Shown piece after piece: positions 1-9,476 of a stretch of DNA of 44,630 bases (position 1 is its first letter; each line of letters starts with the position of its first letter). The position numbers were made by a program, and so were the translations under genes. The DNA lies in contig CAWJCY010000005.1 of assembly GCA_963841565.1 (NCBI GenBank), positions 1-44,630 on the forward strand, read 5' to 3'. The DNA comes from an uncultured Nitrososphaerales archaeon (lineage in GTDB: Archaea; Thermoproteota; Nitrososphaeria; Nitrososphaerales; Nitrososphaeraceae). The notes under the pieces were generated by a model. The model was given only the letters and a program-made list of their open reading frames with translations, made no database searches and was not told the DNA's origin.

Positions 1-110
1 TATATTATAGAAGAAAACTAGATAAGGTTATACTATATTTGGTGTTGATTCGTCAGCAGCAGAATGTATAATATTATTGTAAAAAGCGAGCTGCGTAATT
101 AAGATTGAAT

Positions 111-284
111 CTAGACCTCAATTGCCGCCTTATCTATGTTTGAACCCACAAGGATAGTGTATTGCGCAAAATAGATTGAAAACGAGAGGGGCGCAGCAAT
201 GAATAACATGAAAGGATTTGACCGCCACATATCTGCCATATTAATGACAGTATTGATGAAAAGTATCTCTAATTTTTTTGACAT
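111..284 (-). CDS. possible 57-aa hydrophobic microprotein
   Basis: Hand-translated ORF, ATG at 284 to TAG at 113-111: MSKKLEILFINTVINMADMWRSNPFMLFIAAPLSFSIYFAQYTILVGSNIDKAAIEV. One hydrophobic stretch; no homology recognised. Confidence 0.25.
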   Translation of the reverse strand: MSKKLEILFINTVINMADMWRSNPFMLFIAAPLSFSIYFAQYTILVGSNIDKAAIEV

Positions 285-304
285 AGCATAATAATATTAT
301 AATA

Positions 305-395
305 TGAAAGGATAGAGCGACCCAGCCAGTTACCCACCTGGATCGCCCTACAATGTCAATAAGGAGCGTAGAAATCGCAGGGATTTCTACTTATT
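305..395 (-). ncRNA. putative structured RNA (two hairpins)
   Basis: 9-bp perfect inverted repeat (368-376/382-390) plus a 13-bp stem (313-325/338-350) that pairs fully only on the minus strand (two G-U pairs), with a GUAA (GNRA) loop. TATA-like ATATTATG at 420-413. Confidence 0.45.
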
Positions 396-833
396 ATAGA
401 TACTCCCTGCTTCATAATATGTTCTCAACACAGTAACTGTTTATTTGGTATTAGTAAATAGAATCAATCATTCTAGCTTATTAGTTTCTTGAAGCATATT
501 GTTTGTGCCCGAGTTTAACAAGAGAGTAGAGGCCCATGGAAGAAATTCTGCAAAAGCCAGGGAGTTGTAGAATTCAGTTAATCGTACCAATGCCATTTAA
601 CAAGGAGCAAGTTTACCTGTTGCAAGAGCTACAATCATGAGTTAGTAGGAAAATACTCAGAATGCATACATCGATGCTTATTCCTGCTAAATCAAGTAGC
701 TTCTTGCGGTATTAAATTTGTTGCTCCTACCACCTTCTAAATATGAAACCTCACAATGTTTTACCTATCATAGGTACACGGCAGGGATGATAAATTATAA
801 ATGGTCAAACAAAATCACGAAACTCTCTCCTCT

Positions 834-1631
834 TCAATTATACCGAGTTTCACTGATACAGGAGTACATCCTACTCATAGATAGATAGTTATTTGGAGGT
901 GGTCGGGGATTGAACTGTTCCAAAATAACATCCGTTACCATCGCAATGATCTTCGGAATAGTTCTTGCGGCCTCAATGATTTCCTTTTGTAATGATGCAT
1001 CGGATTCAATTACCAATGAACCCTGCATAATTGTAACATTGATACCAAAAGAATTATCATACCTTTTCCATTTAAGAATTGAAACACCAGAATCATTGAT
1101 TTTTCCTACCCATCTAAGATTTTCGAACCATTTCCCTGTTAGCTTTGAGGTTATACTATCAATATCAAATTTAGTAAAATGCATATCCAAATACGCTAGT
1201 TGAGTATATTTTTTGTCCCTTTTGTAGTTATTCATTGAAGTTGAAGTTGTGTCCATGCCTAGATGTCGTCCTAATTTAGTTAATCGAAATCCATAGTGTT
1301 TGATTTGTTCAATTAGGCCCAAATCAATGAGTCTCTTAATCGATCTACTAAGGCTTTGCTGATGCATATTAAGCTCCCTTACTAATCCATTGAAAGTATA
1401 GCTTGGGTCACCATTTGCATTGCCTTTTAGAAGTAACAGAATCTTGTTATCGTTGTCGTGTAATCCATTGAATGCTGCTGAATTTATTGCAAAGGACTTG
1501 TTGCCATCAGTGCCATCAACTAACAGTGCCTGTTGACTTGGTAAGCCACCACGTGATTCAGAATAGATGTCATCTGGTAATCTAGTACCATCTCCATCAT
1601 TCTCCACTGGAATATCTGATTCGTTGGACAC
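834..1631 (-). CDS. MarR-like winged-helix transcriptional regulator with C-terminal extension
   Basis: wHTH motif YTFNGLVRELNMHQQSLSRSIKRLIDLGLIE...GFRLTKLG; GTG start. Confidence 0.7.
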   Translation of the reverse strand: MSNESDIPVENDGDGTRLPDDIYSESRGGLPSQQALLVDGTDGNKSFAINSAAFNGLHDNDNKILLLLKGNANGDPSYTFNGLVRELNMHQQSLSRSIKRLIDLGLIEQIKHYGFRLTKLGRHLGMDTTSTSMNNYKRDKKYTQLAYLDMHFTKFDIDSITSKLTGKWFENLRWVGKINDSGVSILKWKRYDNSFGINVTIMQGSLVIESDASLQKEIIEAARTIPKIIAMVTDVILEQFNPRPPPNNYLSMSRMYSCISETRYN

Positions 1632-1974
1632 TAGTTTATGATTTCTACCATTTTCTCCAATATTAGCCTTTTCGCTTCATTATGGAGCTTCGACTTAATT
1701 TCAAAGGCAGGGTGAAGATCTATATGATGGTATGTACGAAATAACACCAATATGGTAAGTTTACAATTTTGTCGCAGATGGATGAAGTGAATTTATCCGC
1801 CAACTGCAGGTGGTGGAAGACATCAGAATACAATTTTCTTAGTTCAGAGAACGTCAAATTGAATCTTTTCATGTTCCCTTACAATAGTCGTCTTAGAATT
1901 ATAAAAAATATAGTATAATCCCTCATAATACGTATAAATCATTTTTGCTAACTAATTTAGGGGAGATTGAGATA

Positions 1975-2217
1975 ATGAAGGAATTAATTGGACGTAAATT
2001 CTTTGTAATAAATCTGCTTTTTCTTGTTGGCGCCCCTTTTCTAATTCTTGCCGAATATGGACAAGTTGAAATCAGAGCCCTGGTTGAACCTAGTTTCATT
2101 TCTCTAAATTCAAGCAGCACAAACAACGATGAAAATGATACCGATGTCTTGAGTAATGATAGCCTGTCTGATGAAAAAATGCAGATACAGATCTGTGATG
2201 CATCTCATCCTTGCTGA
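1975..2217 (+). CDS. small secreted/membrane-anchored hypothetical protein
   Basis: ATG at 1975 preferred over track start 1945. N-terminal basic + hydrophobic segment, acidic tail ending CxxxxxC. Confidence 0.5.
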   Translation: MKELIGRKFFVINLLFLVGAPFLILAEYGQVEIRALVEPSFISLNSSSTNNDENDTDVLSNDSLSDEKMQIQICDASHPC

Positions 2218-2312
2218 ATTCATTGCCAACATAGAACACTATACATAAATCACTTAACATTTCCTGAAACATATGGTAGCAATATATATGTGCATTATCC
2301 CTTACTAGTAAC

Positions 2313-2438
2313 ATGTCCGAATACGTCGACGGCACCTTTAGGTGTACGATATGCGCAAAGGAATTCCTTACGAAAAAGGACGCTGATTCTCATTACCGCG
2401 AGGATCACTCTACCGAAGTCGTCGATATCCATGAATGA
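2313..2438 (+). CDS. 41-aa C2H2 zinc-finger microprotein
   Basis: Hand translation MSEYVDGTFRCTICAKEFLTKKDADSHYREDHSTEVVDIHE = F-x-C-x2-C-x3-F-x8-H-x4-H. TATA-like AATATATAT at 2281-2289. Confidence 0.8.
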   Translation: MSEYVDGTFRCTICAKEFLTKKDADSHYREDHSTEVVDIHE

Positions 2439-2868
2439 AAATCAAATTTGGTTAGCACCACCCGGCTAGAACGATTATGATTAAGTAGGTTTCAAGATGT
2501 GTCATTTATCTTATTCACTTAGAAGTAATCGAAATATGAAATTTTTAAGCCGCCGATGGTGCACCCTTTTCTCCATATCATACCTAACTTGCTTGTAGAG
2601 ATAGCGGATTAGTTACGGACAACTGCCACGAAAACGTAAAAAATGACCTACTTTCTTTCGTACCCTAAATCCCTACCTTTTTGTGTCTGCTGTCTGATTT
2701 CTATCAATAGAAACCGATAGATTTACCTGTCATATCAATATTAACCATGGCAAATAAATGACTCACAACTTCCTGGTCTCTTACTATAGGATCAAGACGT
2801 GAATTGGTTCATATCTATCCACTATGATATTCAATACTAATAATTCTTACATCATTTATTATAGCATC

Positions 2869-2923
2869 TCAATTGAAACTAATAATATAACATTCAATTG
2901 AAACTAATAATATAACATTCAAT
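2869..2923. repeat. 25-bp tandem duplication (TCAATTGAAACTAATAATATAACAT x2 + partial)
   Basis: Identical copies at 2869-2893 and 2894-2918, followed by TCAAT. Confidence 0.9.
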
Positions 2924-2955
2924 CGAACCTGTTAATATATCCAAAATTTCATCCA

Positions 2956-3390
2956 TTGAATATAATTATGCTGGAATGCAACAACAACTATGGAAATAAT
3001 AGTAGAAATGATTTGCGCAAAGTTTGTGAAGCGGCTTTATCTGCTAGTAGAAACGTAATATTTGCCGCTTTGGTGAATACAAACGGGATACTGATTGTTG
3101 GTAAGTATAGATGTGATCATCTTTCCAAGTTATCTAGGTCATCTTCTGAAAAGATTAGTACAGATGTATCTAAGGGTTGTGTATTCTATCTGGAACGATT
3201 GCTGCCATATTTAATGGGGGCAGGGAGGATAAACAATAAAACTAACAAGAATGGCGGGAATCTAACAAAAAGGGATGGAGAACGAATAGAATTAGATCTG
3301 TTAAATGTAGATGGAAAAGTCAAGACGGCCATTACCCGGATTCCAGAACTACCAAATATGTTTTTGTGTGTCGAGTACATTTCAAGTTAA
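2956..3390 (+). CDS. roadblock/profilin-like (DUF6659-like) hypothetical protein
   Basis: VCEAALSASRNVIFAALVNTNGILIVGKYR resembles the N-terminus of the thaumarchaeal roadblock-like family; start codon uncertain. Confidence 0.5.
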   Translation: MNIIMLECNNNYGNNSRNDLRKVCEAALSASRNVIFAALVNTNGILIVGKYRCDHLSKLSRSSSEKISTDVSKGCVFYLERLLPYLMGAGRINNKTNKNGGNLTKRDGERIELDLLNVDGKVKTAITRIPELPNMFLCVEYISS

Positions 3391-3867
3391 GAATCCCTAC
3401 AATTGAATTTCTGATTGAGAATCGATCACGACATTCGCAATTTTTTTGCCTTTTGAGGCCAGTGACATTTGTTTGACGTAGAATCGGCAGTCATTTTGCA
3501 TCAACTACTATCAAAGAATTAAATAGAATCATACAATAGACGATGACTGATTGTAACATATAGTGAATAATCCAATTGCTGTTTGTTTGTTAAATACTTC
3601 CATCGCTAAAACCCAGAGCATCGTTCGCAAAAACCCAGTTGTTGCAAATAGTTATGTTTATCAATGTCTTGCTTAATCATTCAGCGCCTAATCAATCAGC
3701 TGAAATAGCTCCCTACGAAAATTGTAAAATTGAACAATACAAAAAATAAATCTATTTTTATTAGATAAGAGGCGGGCAATTTTTATAGGAGGACAAAGTA
3801 CGAACAATATGAGCGTATATTAAGAGCAAGGATTAGATAGCCTTTAAGAGGGCCAAACAGGTCGGTT

Positions 3868-5139
3868 TTGATGTTAAATTCCATTGCTACTAAGAAAGCG
3901 GTTATTTCGTTAATGCTTGCAAGAATATTCTATACTGTAAATTGGTTTAATATCCCCGCTATTTTCATTTTCATAGCTGTTGATTTTGACGAGGATATCT
4001 CTGTATTAGGACTAATAACTGCGAGTTTTTTTATCGGCGTTGGTCTCTTTCAAGTTCTCGCGGGAATTCTCGCTGCCAAATATTCTCCAAGAAAAATTGC
4101 CATTCTTGGTATTGCAATCGCTTCTACAGCAGTTTTTTTCTCTTCATTCTCCATAGATTTGTTGTCTATTGCAGTACTAAGATTTATCGTAGGCTTAGGG
4201 ATGGCTTTTTTCTTTGGTCCAAGTGTTATACTAGTTTCAGAATATGTGGGAAAGCAATCTGAAGGCTTAGGCATGGGGCTACTCAATTCAGCCCATGCAA
4301 TTGGTGGAATCATAGGCCTCTTTGTATGGGTTTTAGTGGCGGAGTTCCTTGGATGGAGATTAAGTATAGTTCTGAGTGCAATAGCTGGTCTCATAACCTT
4401 AATAATCCTACAAATGTGGTTACCGAAAATAACTGAACCGCGTCCGAATCAACGGGGGAAAATAAGACCTGACATAAACAGTGAACACAAGAAAAAGACC
4501 CAAGACATGGGTAGCGAAATTGACGTTGAACAACGAAGATTTAATTTTAAGATCAAGTTTGGCGACGTACAAAATATACTGCTTAATAAGTCGCTCATTA
4601 AACTAGGTCTGGTATTACTTGGATTTCAAGTTGGTTCAGGCCTGATCTGGTCTTTTATCGTATTTTATCTCGCAGACCACATTAAGATAGATCCGGCAAT
4701 AGCAGGTCTAATTGGAAGTCTCAATCTGATTGTGGCCCTAATATCCTCTCCGATAATTGGAAAAGCATATGACAAACTAGGAAATGCAAGAAAACTGCTG
4801 GCGATATCTGGAATCATATCTGCAGTTAGCATAATGATGATTGGAGTCCTGCAATCTCAAGTTTTCCTCATTGGTATTTCTGTAGTTGTGGCAGGTTTCT
4901 TTCTATCGTGGGGTTTTGTAATAGTCTATGTTAAGGCTAAACAAGTGAACACACAATCTCCTCCAGCCTACCAGACGCTTTCTGTAAGTTATGTTAACGG
5001 TATTTCCTTATTTGGTGCCTTTTGGATACCCATACTTATTGCTCACATAATCAATCAATTTGGATACGTGAGCGCTTGGATTGTAGGAGGAGTGATATTT
5101 CTTGCATTGGTCATTCCAATCTTAACATTAGAAGAATGA
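3868..5139 (+). CDS. MFS transporter
   Basis: About 12 hydrophobic segments in 6+6 arrangement with a central loop; motif-A-like GILAAKYSPRK and GKAYDKLG; LRFIVGLG. Confidence 0.9.
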   Translation: MMLNSIATKKAVISLMLARIFYTVNWFNIPAIFIFIAVDFDEDISVLGLITASFFIGVGLFQVLAGILAAKYSPRKIAILGIAIASTAVFFSSFSIDLLSIAVLRFIVGLGMAFFFGPSVILVSEYVGKQSEGLGMGLLNSAHAIGGIIGLFVWVLVAEFLGWRLSIVLSAIAGLITLIILQMWLPKITEPRPNQRGKIRPDINSEHKKKTQDMGSEIDVEQRRFNFKIKFGDVQNILLNKSLIKLGLVLLGFQVGSGLIWSFIVFYLADHIKIDPAIAGLIGSLNLIVALISSPIIGKAYDKLGNARKLLAISGIISAVSIMMIGVLQSQVFLIGISVVVAGFFLSWGFVIVYVKAKQVNTQSPPAYQTLSVSYVNGISLFGAFWIPILIAHIINQFGYVSAWIVGGVIFLALVIPILTLEE

Positions 5140-5573
5140 TTTTGTGTGTATTAAAGTTGAGGAGGCAGATAATAAAAGTAGCTCGGGCCATTGTGCACAT
5201 TCGTAATTTTTTGTAAAGTTTGGTCAAGAAAAAACCCAATATAGAAGTGTCAATATGTCATTTAGTCTACCTTGCAGAAGCATACGAAAATAAATAAAAG
5301 AGACACGATAATGGCAATTTCGTAATCAAAGGGCGCATAATTTGTTATGATGGCATAATTTGTACCGTTTGACTCAATGACTACCGATAAATTGATCAAT
5401 AAATATGCTCATTCATAACTATTAACAAGCATTAGACCAAGATGTAGTTGGTGAGCTAGATATTAACTAACGATACAACAGAGGAGCTTACAACATATCA
5501 CAATATAGCTTGCAGTGCGGGAAATGTTAACGGTACAGGAGCATACGAAAACACAAATCAATTAAAGAATATC

Positions 5574-5984
5574 ATGCTTGGTGAGCACGACTCGTCATTT
5601 GAAAGTATAAAATATGATATGGTGGACGTGGTGGATCCAATACGGCTGGCTGCGGTGGGTGACCGGTATCCTTATCATACCTCTACTCAAGGCGTCGTGC
5701 TTTACAAGAAACGAGGTAGTGAACATAGCTTCTTAATGCTCCACTGGACTATTTTAAAGCTGTCGTACCAAGCGAGCAATGAAGGAGAACTTCAAACCAA
5801 AAGATCTCTACTTAAGGCAATCCCGCCACATGATCCAGAAAATACGTTAGTGTCCTGTACTGAAGAAGAAGCGTTTGACTTTCTGTACAGCCTGTATGGT
5901 TCTAACAGGAATTCGGACGTTACTGATGAAGAAATAGATCAGATTCTGAAAATTTATCTTCCAAACAAGTCCATTTCAAGATAG
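5574..5984 (+). CDS. hypothetical protein
   Basis: 136-aa ATG-started ORF, no competing ORF, protein-like composition. Confidence 0.55.
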   Translation: MLGEHDSSFESIKYDMVDVVDPIRLAAVGDRYPYHTSTQGVVLYKKRGSEHSFLMLHWTILKLSYQASNEGELQTKRSLLKAIPPHDPENTLVSCTEEEAFDFLYSLYGSNRNSDVTDEEIDQILKIYLPNKSISR

Positions 5985-6239
5985 GTTCTGCAATATACCA
6001 AGGACTGGTTCAAATAAGCTTGTTTTTTGGACGTTTGCAAAAATCGTCAAGTGGGATGCAGCGTATAATTCTAAACTACCTCCTATAAGCTGTCGAATGG
6101 GTTGTAATAATCTGAGTCATGAAATTATGTTATAATCCTCTATTTGGTTTAAATCCAATGCGAAAAATAATTGTCAGTAAATGAAAAAATTCATGATTAG
6201 GCTCCAAAAAATTCATTAAAATTATGGAGAGTATAACTT

Positions 6240-6623
6240 ATGTCGTTGTCTATTGATGAACTACAAGAGATGCGAATTGCTTTTCAAGGATTACAAACCT
6301 TGTATCAAACATATCTTCCTAAGGCAGATCCAATACTAGTAAATGACTTACTAGTTCATGAACAAAAAAAATACCGACCAAATAATCCACTATCTCCATC
6401 TGATTACTACACGGTTGAAATTTCAACTAAAGACGGAAAAGAGTTTGAGAGAATGAGAGAAATGATTCAAAAGAAAACTGGCTTATTTCCGTCAATATAT
6501 GACGACGGTACCCGTTTCGTGCTAAACATGGAGTTGAATCTAGAAATATTAAGAGGAATTTGCAATTCTGATGAGAATATAATAAAGGTGACCGGGCATT
6601 ATGCAGGGGCAAACCAGAAGTAA
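6240..6623 (+). CDS. hypothetical protein
   Basis: 127-aa ATG-started ORF with upstream AT-rich promoter-like sequence. Confidence 0.65.
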   Translation: MSLSIDELQEMRIAFQGLQTLYQTYLPKADPILVNDLLVHEQKKYRPNNPLSPSDYYTVEISTKDGKEFERMREMIQKKTGLFPSIYDDGTRFVLNMELNLEILRGICNSDENIIKVTGHYAGANQK

Positions 6624-6922
6624 GTAAATCCTCTGTTCTCGCACGCACGAAACCCTAAAGAGATACGGGCAGGGTGCCGAACAAGAATAATTATCATTTT
6701 TGAGAGATTGCAATTGCGCTCTACCAAAAATAACGACAATGTTCAGTCGCTCTATTCTATACACAATAAAGCATAGCTGTAAATGTACGACATTAAGCAG
6801 CAGATATTAGTTCATCATGTTTATGTCGAATACGTATCAGTGAAATTTAGGAATTATCTCATCGAATTCATTATAACAGGCAATACTAGTCTGCTTATCG
6901 CATTTGGCCGTCTGAGAATGTC

Positions 6923-7423
6923 CTAAAGGTGAGCCCTTAACATCCAGGCCATCTTCTCATGGATTTCCATCAATCCGGTTAGGAAATCGTTTGTACCAAT
7001 GTCATGATACTTTGTGTCACATATTTCGAGATCTGAACGCAGACTGCGAATAATTTGTTCGTGATCCCCTAATAATTTAGAAATCATCTTGAGGTCACCT
7101 GGATACTCTCCAGGACTCTCTTTGAGTCTGGACTCCTTGACAAATTCAGTCAATGTAGCTATTGACATTCCTCCGAGTGTCCTTGTACGCTCGGCTACGT
7201 CATCAATCAATTCATCAAGTTTTTCATATTGTTCTTGAAAAAATTTATGTCTATCGTTAAAATGAGATCCTGTCACATTCCAATGATAATTTCTTGTTTT
7301 AGTATACAAGATATACTCGTCTGCAAGTAATGTGTTTAGAATCTTGACAACACCTTCTCTATTATGTTGAGAAATTCCTATATTCAAGTCACTCTTTGTC
7401 TTTTCAAGCGTTCTTAATGTCAT
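6923..7423 (-). CDS. dps: Dps DNA-protection / ferritin-like protein
   Basis: Dps signature LYTKTRNYHWNVTG..F...H..F...Y......D..AER and C-terminal HEKMAWML. Confidence 0.95.
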   Translation of the reverse strand: MTLRTLEKTKSDLNIGISQHNREGVVKILNTLLADEYILYTKTRNYHWNVTGSHFNDRHKFFQEQYEKLDELIDDVAERTRTLGGMSIATLTEFVKESRLKESPGEYPGDLKMISKLLGDHEQIIRSLRSDLEICDTKYHDIGTNDFLTGLMEIHEKMAWMLRAHL

Positions 7424-7682
7424 TCTATTATACCATATTTATAATATCAATGTATAAAAAGATCTCAGACCTGGTTCGCACCTATATAAGATCATTAAAC
7501 ACTTGGCATTCCAAATCTGAATATCTTACCGTACTAGATTAATGTCCCCTGATCTTGTTGATGTTATCATAAATCAATCTGTGGCAGCAACAAATGAGAT
7601 AAAATTCTTAGCGTAAAATTATAGAAAACTTTTATAGAATTTATAATACATTTGTTAATATTATTCTAATAATATATTATTT

Positions 7683-7979
7683 GTGATGAAACAACTAAGA
7701 CAACAACATAGAAGCCGGTCGGAGATAATAGCGTCTATTCTTGCAACAACAAACGGCAATCAGATAAGGCAAACCGAAATACTCTACAAAACATATCTCT
7801 CACATACGCTCTTGAAGGACTATTTGTTGTTCTTAATTGAGAATGATTTAATAGAATATGCTACTGGAGATAGAACATTTAAAACCACTGAGAAAGGTAT
7901 GCGTTTTCTTAGAATGTACTCACAGATGAATGACCTGATGATTTTGAAGCAGCAGCAAGTAGTGCAATTTACTAAATGA
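7683..7979 (+). CDS. small winged-helix protein (HTH_45-like)
   Basis: RSRSEIIASIL...TEILYKTYLS...LKDYL..L....LI...FKTTEKG pattern. Confidence 0.85.
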   Translation: MMKQLRQQHRSRSEIIASILATTNGNQIRQTEILYKTYLSHTLLKDYLLFLIENDLIEYATGDRTFKTTEKGMRFLRMYSQMNDLMILKQQQVVQFTK

Positions 7980-8153
7980 AAGCATCTTGAAATGCGAATC
8001 AAATTGTAACAAGCTGTCGGATTTTCATAGGCGTTGAATTACTGTCATAAACCCGCTTACTGCAAACTTGAATACAAACATTTTTCTGTAAATTCTCACT
8101 GCATTTTCTTAGCGTATTATTATATATTCTAGATCAACAACTAAATTATTATC

Positions 8154-8618
8154 GTGGGCTCACTAATGGATAAATTTTCAGAATCCCGAAGCAATAGTTT
8201 ACGGAATCGAGGGGTCACGAAATTGCTATTGGTCAATAATGATTTTGAACCTGCGATGAGCTTGAAGAAAGGTTTAGAGGATTATGGCTTCAAAGTTTAT
8301 TATTTTGCGAATGTACTCGCAGCACTCCACGATATTGAGAAAAGCAAAAAGGTCAATTACGATATGATATTATTTGACATCAATCCATCTAATACTGAAT
8401 ATTTACTCTTTGCCAAACAAATTAGGGAATTGAGCCACACCGTGAAGATGTTTCTTATGAGTTCGCGTGAAATTGAAGACAAGGTTATACGTAACGCTAT
8501 GACGGCAGGTATTAATGAGATAATAATGAAACCAATTTCAGCCGAAAACCTCAACATAGTGTTACAAGACTACATCGATGGAATCAACAATCCACTAGAT
8601 TCAGCACTTAAACTTTGA
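8154..8618 (+). CDS. single-domain response regulator (CheY-like receiver)
   Basis: LLLVNND, YDMILFDI (phosphoacceptor Asp), FLMSS, IMKP. Confidence 0.8.
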   Translation: MGSLMDKFSESRSNSLRNRGVTKLLLVNNDFEPAMSLKKGLEDYGFKVYYFANVLAALHDIEKSKKVNYDMILFDINPSNTEYLLFAKQIRELSHTVKMFLMSSREIEDKVIRNAMTAGINEIIMKPISAENLNIVLQDYIDGINNPLDSALKL

Positions 8619-8888
8619 TACTCGAATTTCATTGTTGGCTGTTGCGTAATGAACACTCAAATGAAGTAATAATTATTGGAATTGAGGTCAAAAACGCCAA
8701 GATGAAGGAATAGTTGCGCCCCAAGCCTTTCATGAAGGGGGTTAGCAAACTATAATTAATATTCGTAATACAGAAATCACGACTGTTTTTCAAACGTCTT
8801 AAATAAAGTCCTAGTATATCTTCACTATCAATTAGCTAAGAGGATATTTGCGTAGTATATAAAAGAATTATGAATGCAAGTATCATAG

Positions 8889-9125
8889 GTGCAAATGTCC
8901 AGGAATACTCGAATTGAAATCTTGTCGAACAAACCCATCCCCTTGCAAGGGATGGTTGAAGAGGATGTATTTGTAGATCAACAGCCTAATCCTCAGACAT
9001 TAATTTCGCAACTGGATATTGAAATTGAATGTCCTCGATGTAATGAGGTCTTGGAGCTTTATTCCGATTTTGATAGATTATATTATTGTTGCGAGAGTTG
9101 TAGTTTGCATCTGCACGTTGGATAA
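8889..9125 (+). CDS. small Zn-ribbon protein
   Basis: C-terminal CPRC...CESC. Confidence 0.7.
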   Translation: MQMSRNTRIEILSNKPIPLQGMVEEDVFVDQQPNPQTLISQLDIEIECPRCNEVLELYSDFDRLYYCCESCSLHLHVG

Positions 9126-9476
9126 AGAGCCGAAAACTTTGATATATGCAGCATTCCAGTCGTAAAATCTTCTACTCTACAAAACACGCTCGTTTAACTG
9201 CCGCATATGAAATTAATTGCAGCAAATAATCATTTCACTACCCCACAACATGCCTAATTTCCTCGGAAGCTCGGAGATCCAGTGCTGCACTCGAACTAAG
9301 CCTCCATACTGGATAAATATAATTATGCATATATTCCTTCCAGATAATCTCATAAATGATTTTAGGATAGAATTACTATATAGAAAAATCTGTTAAATGT
9401 ACTAAAAAAAACGTATTATCTTATCTTAGAGACATTCTTAATGCTTAAATAATATATATCGTTCTTGCAGACGAAG

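Noticed and set aside
2869-2923. CRISPR-like repeat (contains ATTGAAAC)
   Set aside because: Copies abut with no spacers, and there are no cas genes in the window.
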